Shown here one piece after another: positions 9,689 to 48,574 of a stretch of 64,000 bases of DNA (position 1 is its first letter; each line of letters begins with the position of its first letter). The notes beneath the pieces are model-generated. The model searched no databases. It had not been told where the DNA came from and saw only the letters and a list, made by a program, of their open reading frames with translations. The stretch comes from Amoebidium appalachense (lineage: Eukaryota; Protista; Ichthyosporea), in the NCBI GenBank assembly GCA_963693365.1, contig CAVNZM010000003.1, forward strand, positions 10,012,101 to 10,076,100, given 5' to 3'. A program made the translations under genes and the position numbers.

Positions 9689-10267
9689 AGCGTTTTACAT
9701 CAGAGATGAGAAAATGTACAGATGTTTATTCTCTTTATTTTAGACTTTAAAATGGCATCGTAAGTGCACTTGCGGCAGCTGAGCTTTGCGATGATCATTG
9801 CCTACCCCCCCCCCCCCCCCCCCCCCGCCCTTCCCCTGGCCCCCTCTCTCCTTGTAAGCCCTCCCACAAACTTCACATTCGCACGAACGGCACACCTTAG
9901 GATGTATACCAACTCCGACACATTTAACTTTAAAAATCCCCAACAAACAAACATCCACCGTTGGGTGGTTGACAATGTGTTGGTGTGGCGTGTCAATATT
10001 CAGTCTGTGTTATGTGGTTGCTGGGGTTTGAATGCTATTTGTGCCACCATTCATTCATTCATTTTTCCTTTTTTGGCTTTGGGTTTGGATGGTGGCACGC
10101 ATACCTTTCTCTTTTTCCCTTTCTTTCCCCGGCCTTTTATATTTATTGATTTTCTTGCGAGTGTTTGTGCTTATGTATTTGCACACGGACTCAAGTGTGT
10201 GTGTGTGTTTCAAAATGTGTAATTTTGTCTGTGTGCGTGTGTGCGAGCGTGCTTTTCTCTGTGTGTG

Positions 10268-10328
<61 letters not shown>

Positions 10329-10340
10329 CCCTCTCCCCGC

Positions 10341-10434
<94 letters not shown>

Positions 10435-12008
10435 TATGTGTCTGTGAAGGGGGAGGAGGCGGGTGGAGCGGGGGGAGCGGGTGAAGGGAAGTAGAGCACC
10501 AACTACACATACCGTTGCCACCATTCCAAAGGGAGACAACCGGCCAGGAGCAGTCTGACCGTTAAATGCCGAACACAGTTTGTTGGGGCCCTGTGCCGAC
10601 CAGGAGTGAGACTGTACCCCCCCCCCCCCCCCCCCTCCTCCCCCCCGCGCCCCAATACCCACCGCACGTACGTGGAAAAACAATGTGCGAGCCGCTTGTC
10701 AACCTTGTCTGAAACCCAAAATACCCTCTTGTGTTATGTGTCTGCTCTTCTGCTTGGTGTGACTTCAGACATGCCCGTGTTTGTGTACACACAGGCACGG
10801 AACATACCAATTTAGCCCCATTGTTCACTGTGCATTCATAAATGTACCCTCAATCGAGCTGATCAGAAGGGAAAACAAATGTGTGCAAGTGTGTGTGTAT
10901 GTGTGTGTGTGTGTGTGAGAGTGTGTGCGTGCGTGCGTGCGTGCATATGTGTGCGTGCGTGTGTGCACGCGCGTGTGTGTCTGTGTATGTGTGGGTGTGT
11001 GTGTGTAGGCAGGAGAGGAGGGGCAGGGAGACAAAGCAAGCCCTAACGCGTGTGCCCTGGCGACCATGTATGTATTCGTGTAGTACACATACATAAATTC
11101 CCTTTGCCCCACGAACCCCTTGAATCTAATATAACTTTCGTCCAGCCCTCCCCCCCTCCCCTCCCACACACACACCAAAAAAAAAAAAAAAAAGAAGAAA
11201 AAAAAAAAAAGGCAACCCATGGGCCCTGCCCCATCCTGTTCCCCATTAACACTTTAAACAGAGCCGTCACAGAGGTGGACAGGGGGGGGGGGGGGGGGGG
11301 GGGGGGAAGGGAGAGGGAGCAGCAGGTAAACGGGCTTCCGAAGAGAGACGGGGCAGACAAAGAACGGTACATCCTCGGCACCTTTTCTCGATACAGCGGA
11401 GCCCCGAGGTGAATACTCGAGCCTTCGAAAACAAAATGGGCCCAAAAGTTGAAGTTGAAGCTACCATGGCAAACAGAGACACATCTATCGCACCACAACC
11501 ACATACCTCTCCCCTGGGCCAGGGCATGTAGTGACCGTGTGCCCACCGACAGGAAGGGGTTGAAAATGACGTAGCCCATGCATGTGGATTGGTTGCTCGT
11601 GACTGCAGCAAACCGTACAGGCTGTAGGTGTACAAGTGAGCAAAGTAAGTAAAGTAAGTCAAGTAAGTAAAGTAAGTAAAGTAAGTTGAGTAAACCAACT
11701 AGGAACCACAGAGCGTAGGTGCATGGATGAGGGTGGTGCCTTCTGCACAGGCACACACGATTGTCCTGTCAGAGATGTGCGAGCATAGACCAGCATGAGA
11801 GCATCTGCAAATTTGTTCACGTTGCCTTTTCCATGAGGATGGAGCCATGCAGCCATTCTCTCCAAACAAGTTTCTGCCCAGGAGGGAGGCTGGATATGAG
11901 TAATGAAGTGGGAGAAGCGGGTGCGGGCGGAAACCTAAGGTGTGTGTGTGTCTGGGTCTCTCTCTCTCTCTCTCCCTCCCCCCCCCCCCCCCCTCCCTCT
12001 CCCTTTCG

Positions 12009-12074
<66 letters not shown>

Positions 12075-12480
12075 CTCTCTCTCTCTCCCTCCCTCTCTCT
12101 CCCTCCCCTCTCCCTCTCTCTTTCGCCCCCTCCGTCGCTCTCACACACACTCACACTCCCCCCCCCCCCCCCCCCCTCTCTCTCTCTCTCTCTCTTCCCC
12201 TCACTCCCATTTCTTTTTTTATGGTTGTGGGGTGTGGGGGGGAGGCGGAAAAGGGGGAGGAGGGAGGCTCTATCTAACTCTATCTCTCTGTCCCCCTCCC
12301 CCCCCCCCCCCCCCCTTTCTTTTTTTAGGGGGTGTGCGGTGGGGGGGGGGGGGGGGAAGGCTCTCTCTCTCTTTCTCTCTCTCTCTGTCTCTGTCTCTCT
12401 CTCTCTGTCTCTCTCTCTATCGCTCTCTCTCTCCATCTTCTTCTTATTCTTCTTCTTCTCCTTTTTTTTTTTTTTTTTTT

Positions 12481-12525
<45 letters not shown>

Positions 12526-12560
12526 GGGGGGGGGGGGGGGGGGTGGAGGGGGGGGGGGAG

Positions 12561-12592
<32 letters not shown>

Positions 12593-14099
12593 ATGGATAC
12601 CTCTCCCACCGAGGTTGCTGGTTTAGTTCCCGAGACAGCCACTCGAACCAACCTCCTGGTCAACATCCTCCCAGACGAGAGACAAACAAGCAAACAAAGA
12701 GTATCTGCAAAAAAGAACAACATATTAGTCACAGACCAAAAGCCTGCCAAAAGTTGCCTTTTATGTCTGAAAGCAAGTGAGACACCAACCCATATGTGCT
12801 GCACGTTGAAATAATTTCCACGGTGTTGCATATTATTCCTCGTAACCTTCTCCTCAGGGTGATACTTATTTCGTCTGGGACCCCCCTTCCCCCCTCCCCT
12901 CCCCTCCCCCCCTCCTCCCCCCTCCCCACCCCCTCCCTTCCCTCTCGATCCCGACTCTTTCCCTACCGGCACAACACTAGGTACCTACAAGGCTCTTCAA
13001 CATTAGGCAACCCCCCCCCCCCCCCCCCACCCACCCACCCACCCACCCACCCACCCCCTCCTCCTCCCCCTCCCCCCCTCCCCCAGTCCCTGCCTACCAA
13101 ATCTACCCGCGCCTGCCATCAACGGGCTTGGTTCTGCCTCCACCAGCAAAAAGCAAAATAGCGTGTTTGGACAAGATGCAACACACGAACAACAAGTTCC
13201 CAGGGTTAACTAAATAGGGCTGAAAGATTCTAGCTTTTGGGTGAGAATGGAAATGAAACAAAGAGTTGTGCGGGCAATATGATGGCAGAGGCAAAGAAAT
13301 CATGCATGTATTGTGTTTGGGGTGGAAGGAGCGGAAAAAAGCGGGAGTTGGAGAAAGGAGCGGAGGGGTAGGGGGGAGAGAGGACGGAGGGTGTGCAATA
13401 TCGTAGGAACGCTTGACAAAGGTACTACACGGGTGTTGGTTGGATGATGACAGTACATGTACCAGTGGGATAGATGCTGTTTACTCCAGGCAATGTACCA
13501 GTGTGTCGATTGATTTAGCTAATATTAGATCTATGTTTAGCTGTGTGTTGTTTTTTCTCCTTTTTGTATTTAAGGCCTGGCCGGCCTCATAAAATGCTAT
13601 CTAACCTTTTTCGAGATTGAGCTTTTTTGGCCTTGAAGGAGAGGGGAGGAGGGTAGTGTGGATTTGAAGAAGAGGCTCCTTGGTGTGTAGGTGGGTGGGT
13701 GGGTGGGTTGGGGGGGGGGGGGGGGGGGGGGGGGGATGGGGAGGCAAGGGTACCGTGGGGACCTGCGCAACACAGGGGAGAACACTTGCACATGCATAGA
13801 AAAGGCATAGGGTATGAGCATGTGATGTGAGCTGTTTTATGTCCCTAAAAAAACTCCCTGCCCCCTCCCCCCGCCCCCCCTGGCCTCCCCCTCACCCCGA
13901 GCCCTCCTCCTCAGGGCCTCTCCTCCCCCCTCCTCCTCCATCCCCCCATTTGCCCCCCCCCCCCCCCCCCCCCCTCCCTTCCCCACCTGCCGCTCTTTTT
14001 ATGCCCCGATCACATACCTCAATTTGCTTTCAGTCTCCAGAACATAAATAGTACGTCCATAACAATCTGGTTCTAACAAAACGTGTTTTCCTTTCACAG

Positions 14100-14807
14100 G
14101 CCAAGATGATTGCAGCAGCCTCCGTCGACATGGTCATCCTCGTGGTGCTCCTTATCCCCGTAGAGCTTCTCATCCCCTCATACCAAACACGCACCATCTT
14201 CTACTGTGTCTGTTTCTGGTTCACCACCGCTTTTGCCCTGTTCGTCTTTTTTGGTCCAAAGATCCTTCACGTGCTCGAATTAGTCCGACTTAGCAGCCAC
14301 TCAGGAAGCACGACACCAAGCGGCGTCCAATCGTTTCCCGTGGGAATTCGCACCAAAAATAGCCACGAGAGCACCCATGGGAACACATCAGATAAGGATA
14401 CCGAAAAAGGAAATAGCAGCCACTCAGGAAGCACGACACCAAGCGGCGTCCAATCGTTTCCCGTGGGAATTCGCGCCAAAAATAGCCACGAGAGCACCCA
14501 TGGGAACACATCAGATAAGGATACCGAAAAAGGAAAAGGAATGTCAACAAACGACACGACTGTAAATGGAGCTTCGGTGAGCCGAAGGGAGCTTCAATTA
14601 CAGACCGATGTAGTGACACTTTCCGTACAATTGGCGCAGGCACGTGAGATGAATTTTAAGCTGGCTAATGTGCATGCATCGATTTTGCCGGCTGAAATTT
14701 CGAATGCCATTGGGGAACAGAAAGGGAAGAAAGAGGCGTCGAGGACAATGTCTCCATTGCAGTTGCTAACGAGTATGTTTGGAGAGTCGAGCACTTCGTT
14801 GCTGTGA
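14100..14807 (+). CDS. Isolated terminal exon of a class C-like GPCR (TM6-TM7 + coiled-coil tail), paralog of 16316-16924
   Basis: Branch ttctaac (14071-14077), acceptor ttttcctttcacag, then AKMIAAASVD...FALFVFFGPKILHVL; open to TGA 14807; no upstream + strand exons found in window. Confidence 0.8.
   Translation, partial: AKMIAAASVDMVILVVLLIPVELLIPSYQTRTIFYCVCFWFTTAFALFVFFGPKILHVLELVRLSSHSGSTTPSGVQSFPVGIRTKNSHESTHGNTSDKDTEKGNSSHSGSTTPSGVQSFPVGIRAKNSHESTHGNTSDKDTEKGKGMSTNDTTVNGASVSRRELQLQTDVVTLSVQLAQAREMNFKLANVHASILPAEISNAIGEQKGKKEASRTMSPLQLLTSMFGESSTSLL
14291..14536 (+). repeat. In-frame 123-bp (41 aa) tandem duplication
   Basis: 14291-14413 and 14414-14536 differ at one base (T>A substitution in protein). 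Confidence 0.95.
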
Positions 14808-15283
14808 TTTTTAATTTAAGCTAGCAATCATATTTTTTAAAAAGTAACTTGATGGATGACGGAAGACAAACCTTTTAAAAGATGCGTATGGATGTTTAAA
14901 TTCTTTACAGATAAGTAAAGTATGTATGTTTTAAAGTTAAACCAATAGAAAAGGCTATGGGACCCCGTTGTGCAATACAGTTTTCCGATATTTAGTTGGC
15001 ACACTTTCATCCTTTCCAGGCCATGCAACGAGCTCTAGCCTAGTGCTTATAATATTGTTGCAGTGTGTGGCATGAATAGAAATAGCAGTATTACGTTTTT
15101 TTACATCATAGAGCACGAATGCATATATATCTGAGTGCATGCTTGATCGTTTGTGTGTGTAACACATGTGCGGCATTGGGTGTGTTGATGTACACTTGTG
15201 TGGGTGTGCATGTGGGTGTACATATGGATGGCGTTTCAGTATTTTTGTGTGCTTGTGTGTGTGTGTGTGTGTGGGTGGGTGTG

Positions 15284-15356
<73 letters not shown>

Positions 15357-15371
15357 TTGGGGGAGGGGGGG

Positions 15372-15405
<34 letters not shown>

Positions 15406-16198
15406 TGGGCACCGGCCCCAATGAGCGTATAATAGCCACTGCCAGCACTACTGCAGACTGAAGTAACGGTCAGGGCTTTGCAGGGGTAGGTTGAATAAGA
15501 ACTCACCGAAATTGAGATTCTATGAGATGCTAGTTTCTAAACTTAGATACAAAAATTATATCATAAGATTAAAAGGGGCTGAACCAACCTGACGCTAATC
15601 CCTCCCCCCCCCCCTCCTCCCCCCCCCCCCCCTCCCCCCCCTTCCCCACCACCACAACCACCACTCACGCACACAAAGACACACATAAGAAGGAAGGCTA
15701 TTGGTTTGTGACAGCCCGGATTCACTCAGAAATGAAACAGTAATTTGCGCACGATCTGTCTGATTAGCCATATATGGAAATTTGGGCGGGAAGTTGTGGC
15801 GCGCAAAAAAGAGGTTCTTATAAAACAATAATAAAAGTAGGAATATACCAGGGGAAAACATTGACGTATTACTGTTGTTCGCGTGTGCCTTTTCTGTGAG
15901 CTTTTCTTAGTTTAACTAAACACAGTGTCATCCCTCTTACCCTCTCCCGTCTGCTAATCATAGAACAGAGATTGTCTGGCTCACATTAAGTTTTTTTTTA
16001 ATAAGTCAAAAAACAAGAAGGAATGATTCATCAGTGGCTATGTTTCCCACTAACTCTCCACCCCACCGCCCAAAATACAATTTCCTAGCCCTCCTCCCCC
16101 TCCCCCCCTCCCCCCAGGTTCATTCTCCGCGCTACTCTTACTGTTTCAGCCGGGTTCTAGAACACCTCACCCCCCCCCCCCCCCCCCTCTCCTCCCCC

Positions 16199-16229
<31 letters not shown>

Positions 16230-16315
16230 ACACACCCGCCAGCATCCCTCCATATCCCCTGTCCTAAACACACACACAACACACACCCAATGGGACCCGT
16301 TAAAGCAGCGAAGAA

Positions 16316-27838
<11,523 letters not shown>

Positions 27839-28117
27839 TTTAAAAACAACCGTGCTTCGGTCTAAACTATTATAATGTTATTTGAATATGCTATTTAGTA
27901 GCTAGTGCTAGCAATCTATACTTCCAAAGCATTGTTTTTCTTGTTATATTTTTAGAGAGTCGTGCTATAAGAACCGCTATTAGCATTACAAGTTGACTAC
28001 AGTGTTGACTCCAACGCATATGGACGCTTGGCAAGGAGCCCTCAAGTTTATATGCCCGAAGACCCTGTGAAACGTGAAAATGCCCCGGGGCATAAATTGA
28101 ATCTTTGGATCAGAGAG

Positions 28118-28167
28118 GGGTTTACACACTTTTTATTGCGTGGACATTGCCGGAGGCCCAGCCACAT
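28118..28167. mobile_element. 50-bp dispersed element, copy 2, with 10-bp target-site duplication
   Basis: Flanked on both sides by gatcagagag (28108-28117, 28168-28177). Confidence 0.8.
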
Positions 28168-28665
28168 GATCAGAGAGTTCGAATTCCATTTCAGATTCTT
28201 TAACAGGGCGTCGAATAACAATTGTGCGAGGCGTAATTAGGTTTATGTCAGGGACGGAGGGTAAAGTGCATGTTTTTCTTGCATACTTACTTTGAGCTTA
28301 TGTTAACGGTGTAAAATAAGCCTTAAATCCCAAGGAACTATGGTTGGTCACGTTTTCAATGTTTTTCGGGCCAGTGAGGATCATAAAGCATATAAATGGG
28401 CCGCGTGGAGAGGTTCGAGTTCAAGCCCTGGACGTCAATCTAGATGGATCCATCAACCAATTAGGTGAGGGATCTAATCTAACCAACAATCGCCTTGATG
28501 TTAGTTTTCTCGCCCACTTACGACTGCCAAGTTTCGATCGCGACGCGGCACGGCTTTTTTCTGAGGGCCGTGGACGCGGGCCCTACATACGGTCCTACTG
28601 AGCAAATGGGTTGTGTTACAGAAGAGCCGACCACACGGATGAATTGGCACAAAATCAGTCATCAA

Positions 28666-28737
28666 TCATCGGTAGCATAGTGGTTAGTAGCTCCGCCTGT
28701 CACGCAGACCTGGGTTCGATTCCCTGCCTGTCGGAGA
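28666..28737 (+). pseudogene. Degenerate tRNA-Asp(GTC) or tRNA-derived relic
   Basis: tagcatagtggttagta D-arm, ccgcctGTCacgc anticodon arm, ggttcgattcc T-arm; anticodon 3' stem/variable loop shortened and acceptor stem poorly paired. Confidence 0.7.
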
Positions 28738-28942
28738 GTATTTTTCTCTTTGCCTCGAGTAAACAGCGTATACCCCCACGTGCATTTCATGCCTACTACA
28801 TATATACATGCGGGAGCAGCTACTATCTATAGCCCTGCTACTCAAGCTAAGTGAGGCAGCTGATCGAGGCCCGTCTACCACCCGTCCACCAATCATGCAT
28901 ATGTGCACATCATCCTACAATATCTTACTTGCATCTGTGTTT

Positions 28943-28976
<34 letters not shown>

Positions 28977-29060
28977 CGTGTGCGTGTGTGTGCGTGTGTG
29001 TGCCCGCGCGCGCACGCGCGTGTGTGTGTGTGCATGTGTCACGGTGTGCACATGCGTGTA

Positions 29061-29114
<54 letters not shown>

Positions 29115-29384
29115 TGTGCGCGCACGCTCGTGTGCACATGTTTGTGCTTAGTGTGTATGCCACGGCCTGTGTGTTTGTGTGCGTGTGCGTGTGTGCGTGT
29201 GCGCGCGCGCGTGTTTGTACGACGTGTGCGTCTGTGTGTGTGGGGTGTGTGTGCATGTGTGCTTTATGTGTGTGTTTGTGTACGCCCGCGCGTGCACAAG
29301 TGTGTGCCGGTGTGTGTGAGCATGTGAGTGCATGTGTGTGCGCGTGCGTGTGTGTATGTGTGTGTGTGCGTGCGTATGTGTGTC

Positions 29385-29424
<40 letters not shown>

Positions 29425-29436
29425 TGTGTGTGTGTT

Positions 29437-29502
<66 letters not shown>

Positions 29503-30241
29503 CGCGTGCGCACAAGTGTTGGTGCGTTCATCACGGTGCACGTGTGACATGGGTGAGTGTGTTATGTGCGTGTCTGCCCCGCCTCCCTCCCCACCTCCCC
29601 CCCCCCCCCCTTTGGCACCCGCCGCCCCCCCCCCCCCCCCCCCCTCCTCCTGGATCCGCCGCCCCCCCTCACATCCCCCCCCCCCCACCCTCGCCCCCCC
29701 CCTCCCCCCCCCCCAAAAAAAAAAAAAAAAAAACTAACCCAATTTGGTTCTCATGCACGACGTGCAGGATAAACGGGATTTTATTTCCGAATAATTAACA
29801 TTGCTTATGCTTGGTCCCACAAGCTGCGGCGGTGCTTAATTTATGAGCGAGATCTCGAGGGGAGTGGAAAGAGGGGGGGGGGGGGGAGGGGGGGGAGGTA
29901 TTAAAAAGAGTGACACGAACTGCCCGATTTGAAAAGCTAATAATAATACGGGCCTCGGGGTTCAGCAGTACAGGAATACACTGTTGTCTACACTGTAGTA
30001 CGTTGCTTGTCTTTCCAATTTTTCAGTTTGCCTAGGCATGTGACGTTGCTCCCCCATAAGTTAACGTCGCGACCAACAAAACAAACAACATGCTGCACAA
30101 GAAAAACTACTAATACTACAACAACAAAAGCAAAAACAGCAGCAACAACAACAATAATGACCGTTTGTGAGAAGCACCATCACCACCACAAACCCCCCAC
30201 CACCTTCCCCCCTCCCCCTCACCCCCTCCCTCCCTCCCTCC

Positions 30242-30272
<31 letters not shown>

Positions 30273-30527
30273 AAGGTATAAAAAAAAAAAAAGAAAATCC
30301 TGCTACCGGAGTCCAAACAAACCGAAAAATCTAAAGCACAAGTTGATGATGGAGACCTATCCCGGGGCACACGCGATTTCTCCCCCTGCGTCGTCACATT
30401 TGATATAGCGTTTACCGAGCTCATACCGCTATCCTGTGACAAGTAAACACATCTCACACCGGAACCAGTACCATGTGCACGCGCGCACACACACACACGC
30501 ACACACGCACACACACGCACACACACA

Positions 30528-30673
<146 letters not shown>

Positions 30674-31146
30674 ATTTATAGGTGGGCGATAAACTAGTGC
30701 AAGAGCGATGCCACTTGTACGGTCACGCTGTACAGATGAGATACGGTACACACAGCACAGCAAAGGACAAGCAAACACATGTACATGTTACCAAACACCA
30801 GACTAAATACTAGTGACTAGTACGCTTCCTCATTTGGGACAGGGTTGTGTCAGTACCGTTGACGTTGCACATGTTGCAAATCCTACCCCCCCCCCCCCCA
30901 AAAAAAAAAAAATAAAATAAAAAACTTTACAAATATACCCCCCCCCTCCCCCCTCTCCCCCCCCCCCCCCCCCCCTCCGGTTGCCACTCCCCAGTCCCAG
31001 CTTGCCCTCCTATCCACATCGAGCTACCTTCCGCAATCACCCTCCGAGATCAGATCGATCAATCCGCAAAGGGGAAGAGAGGGATCAAACGTGGGGGGGT
31101 CGAGAGGAAAATTAGAGGCTGGGGGAGGGGGGTGGGAGGGGGAGAA

Positions 31147-31181
<35 letters not shown>

Positions 31182-31231
31182 GGGAGGGAGGGAGGGAGAG
31201 CAAGAGAGCAAGAGAGCGAGAGAGAGGAGGG

Positions 31232-31263
<32 letters not shown>

Positions 31264-31335
31264 GGGTGGGAGGGTGGGAGGGAGGGTGGGTGGGAGAGCA
31301 AGAGAGCGAGAGAGAGGAGGAGGAGGGGGGGGGGG

Positions 31336-31495
<160 letters not shown>

Positions 31496-31509
31496 GAGGG
31501 AGGGAGGAG

Positions 31510-32413
31510 TGATAAGCCGCCGGCAAGATTGAACCACTTATGTGGCTCGTTCGACAAGTTGCGCGCGATCCTTATACAAGTGGTGGTAAAACACGAAACC
31601 CAGGAAAAAAACTGCATACCGACGTTCATGACAAACTAACGGTCACGTGGACACCAAGAACACGGAAGTTTGTTTCTGATAACTGCTGCATACTGCGCTG
31701 CGAACTTGGCGCTGCTGGCGACAAACTGGATTTTCTGGACGAATTCTTGGCAACGTGCCAAATATCGTCTCCCCACGGTGTGCTACACCATATAGTAATT
31801 AGTAGCAAATAAAGGAAATGGTGCAAGCATGCTAGTCACAAAATGTCAAGGCTTTTTGTTGTGTTCTTATCGAGTTCACTATGTAGCGTTCTGTAGAGGG
31901 TCGCCCTCTTTCACCGGAAATGGAGGTCCGCAGTCGGACAGAATCGAGCCTGACTGGACTTTCCGGACAAAATCTGGGTTTTCTCAAAATATGATCGCCC
32001 AAAGGAGCGCGGGCCCTTCAAGAAGTAGTAGAAAGCAAAAAACAGTGTGGTAGCTTGCCTGGGGCAAAGTTTGAAGGCTTTACGTTGTCTTTTCATCGAG
32101 CTCACTATGTAGCGTTTTCCAGGGGCTCACCCGCTCCGGAGGGATTCTGGGCCAATTTTGATCTGGCGACAGACGAGGAATGCGGAAGACACACGATAAC
32201 CCTTGTTGGTTGGCAAGCGCGCTGGTACCCTCTTTTATTACCAATCACCTTGGTCCAAAGACAAAAAAGGAGGAAACTGGGCATACCAAGAAAGCGCGCG
32301 CGACTCTCGACCACTAAGCTGTAGGGGGGGTCGCCTGAAACGGGCCACCGTGGTGGCTCGTTCGGCTTGAATGAGCCACATAAGTGGCTCATAGCCTCAT
32401 AGGCGACTTATCA
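31510..32413. mobile_element. Non-autonomous TIR element (~900 bp), TG...CA ends
   Basis: Imperfect ~45-bp TIRs tgataagYcgcc...tgaRccacttatgtggctcRttc; possible 4-bp TSD ggag; internal ~60-bp diverged direct repeat (31845-31905, 32072-32132). Confidence 0.7.
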
Positions 32414-34268
32414 GGAGAGAGAGAGGGGGGGGGAGGGGGAGAGAAAGAGGGAGGGAGAGAGTGAGGGGGAAGAGAGAGAGAGGGAGGCAGAGAGAGGGGG
32501 AAGGGAGAGAGAGAGTGAGGGGGAAGAGAGAGAGAGGGAGGCAGAGAGAGAGAGGGAGTGATACGGCCGCAGCCGCGGGGGACCAACACAATCATATATG
32601 CTGGGGGAAGGTGGCTCCCCCAGGTCCGAGGGTGGGGGAATGGGGGGGATAATATTAGGACTTTGCTCTGAAATCCCAGCCATGGCGTCCCCCCTCCCCC
32701 CCTTCCCCCCCCCCCCTTGATCCTCCCTAGGCCTGGGCCCCCCCCCCCCCCCCCCGCGGCCCTCCTCCCCCCCCTCCCCCCCCGCGGCCCCTCCCTCCCC
32801 CCCCCCCCCCCCTTCCCCCCCCCCCCCCCCCCGTTCCCCCTGCCCCGGCCCCCGACTTTGCTACAAGCTTGAGGTACGTTCTGATTGGTGGAGGGTAGCC
32901 AATAAATCTTAGCGATATCTAAAGGCAACGAATCGCACCCCTCTGAAATATAACCATAAATAGCTAGTGAACAGTGACTAATTAGCCTAAATTAGGGTTA
33001 AAATAACCTGGCTATCAACGAGGAAACCACCGCCAGCGGCGGCTAAGTCTTCAAGAGCGTATTCCTTCTTCGACCAGTTAGCTGCAAAGCACTAAAGATA
33101 TAATGTTAAGCCACAGCATAAATTATGTAGAACATTAGCTATTCAAAAGCGTAGGTTATGCATATGTAACCTATCAGCTGAAAATCTGTGCCGTGGTTTT
33201 GCACTCTTCAAACATACCTAAGAATGCTTCCGACCCTCGTATATATCGTAGCTTTCGATAAAAACGAGGAGATGCATTCCAGAGTAAAAAAAATCGGAGT
33301 CCGCTCGCGCCGAAAACCGAATCAGGCTTTTGAAGCAAAAGTGAAAACAAAAAAAACACGCAGTTTTTTCCAAAGAAGAAGACTCCGCAGGGCTCCATTA
33401 CATTCATGTTTTTCCTATTTATTACCTTAAGCAATAGAAGTTTTAGCTGTGAAGTAACATTTATTAAGGGAAGGAGAGAGGGGAGAGGCCTGGCACATCG
33501 CTGGAGCAGCTGCCTATTGAGCTTTTGCATTTTGTTTCTCGTTACTTTCTTTCCGAGTGTACAAGCGCAAGTGTCAAGCGAAGGTGTAAGGCAGGGAGGA
33601 CAATTTTTCTACACCCAACCAATTTGAGGCTCAGGTACTTTGGCTGCACTTTCGAGGCAGCCGGTGTTGAGTTTTTAGCTCTTCCCAACTAGAGCTGTTT
33701 TGCAGGTGAGATTTGCGTTGAAGAATGTAGCAGGGGTCACAGTGCTTGCCCAAAGGGTTCTAGCAAGTAGGATGCACCTCCCTGGCTCATTAGTAAGCGG
33801 CCATGGACCAAAAAAAAAATTCTTAGGTCCAATGTTTTTGGTGCTGATTTTTTTTTCCTGACCTGATTTGTCGAATAGAAATTTGCATTACATCGGACAC
33901 GTCCTGGAGCCACAAGGGGGGTGTTTTGTTTAAAGAGGCACGTTAGGCACACCAGCACATCTTTATGGACTCTCCACATACGATGCATTGTTTGTAGTGA
34001 CACCAAACATTCGCTGTCTCTCACTGCATTTGAGGGAAACGACTTTCAACCCTAATAAGCTCGAGAGAGCTAACCGTGGCCATGTACACTCTGAAAACGT
34101 GCATTTTCCAAACACCTAGTATCTTGAGAATACAAGTATTCCACCTCTCTCCTCTTCACTCGAAATCAATATGCATTCCAACATCTAAACTATCAAGAAA
34201 TCAGCCTTTCTCCCTCTTCCTTTTTGCTTCCTTTCTCACGCTGTTTGAACTAAACAGGTGTCTGCACG

Positions 34269-48574
<14,306 letters not shown>

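Noticed and set aside
10500-13300. Possible minus-strand exons (12601-12704, 11760-11875, 11320-11425)
   Set aside because: Splice-like signals present but phases do not join and no recognisable domain
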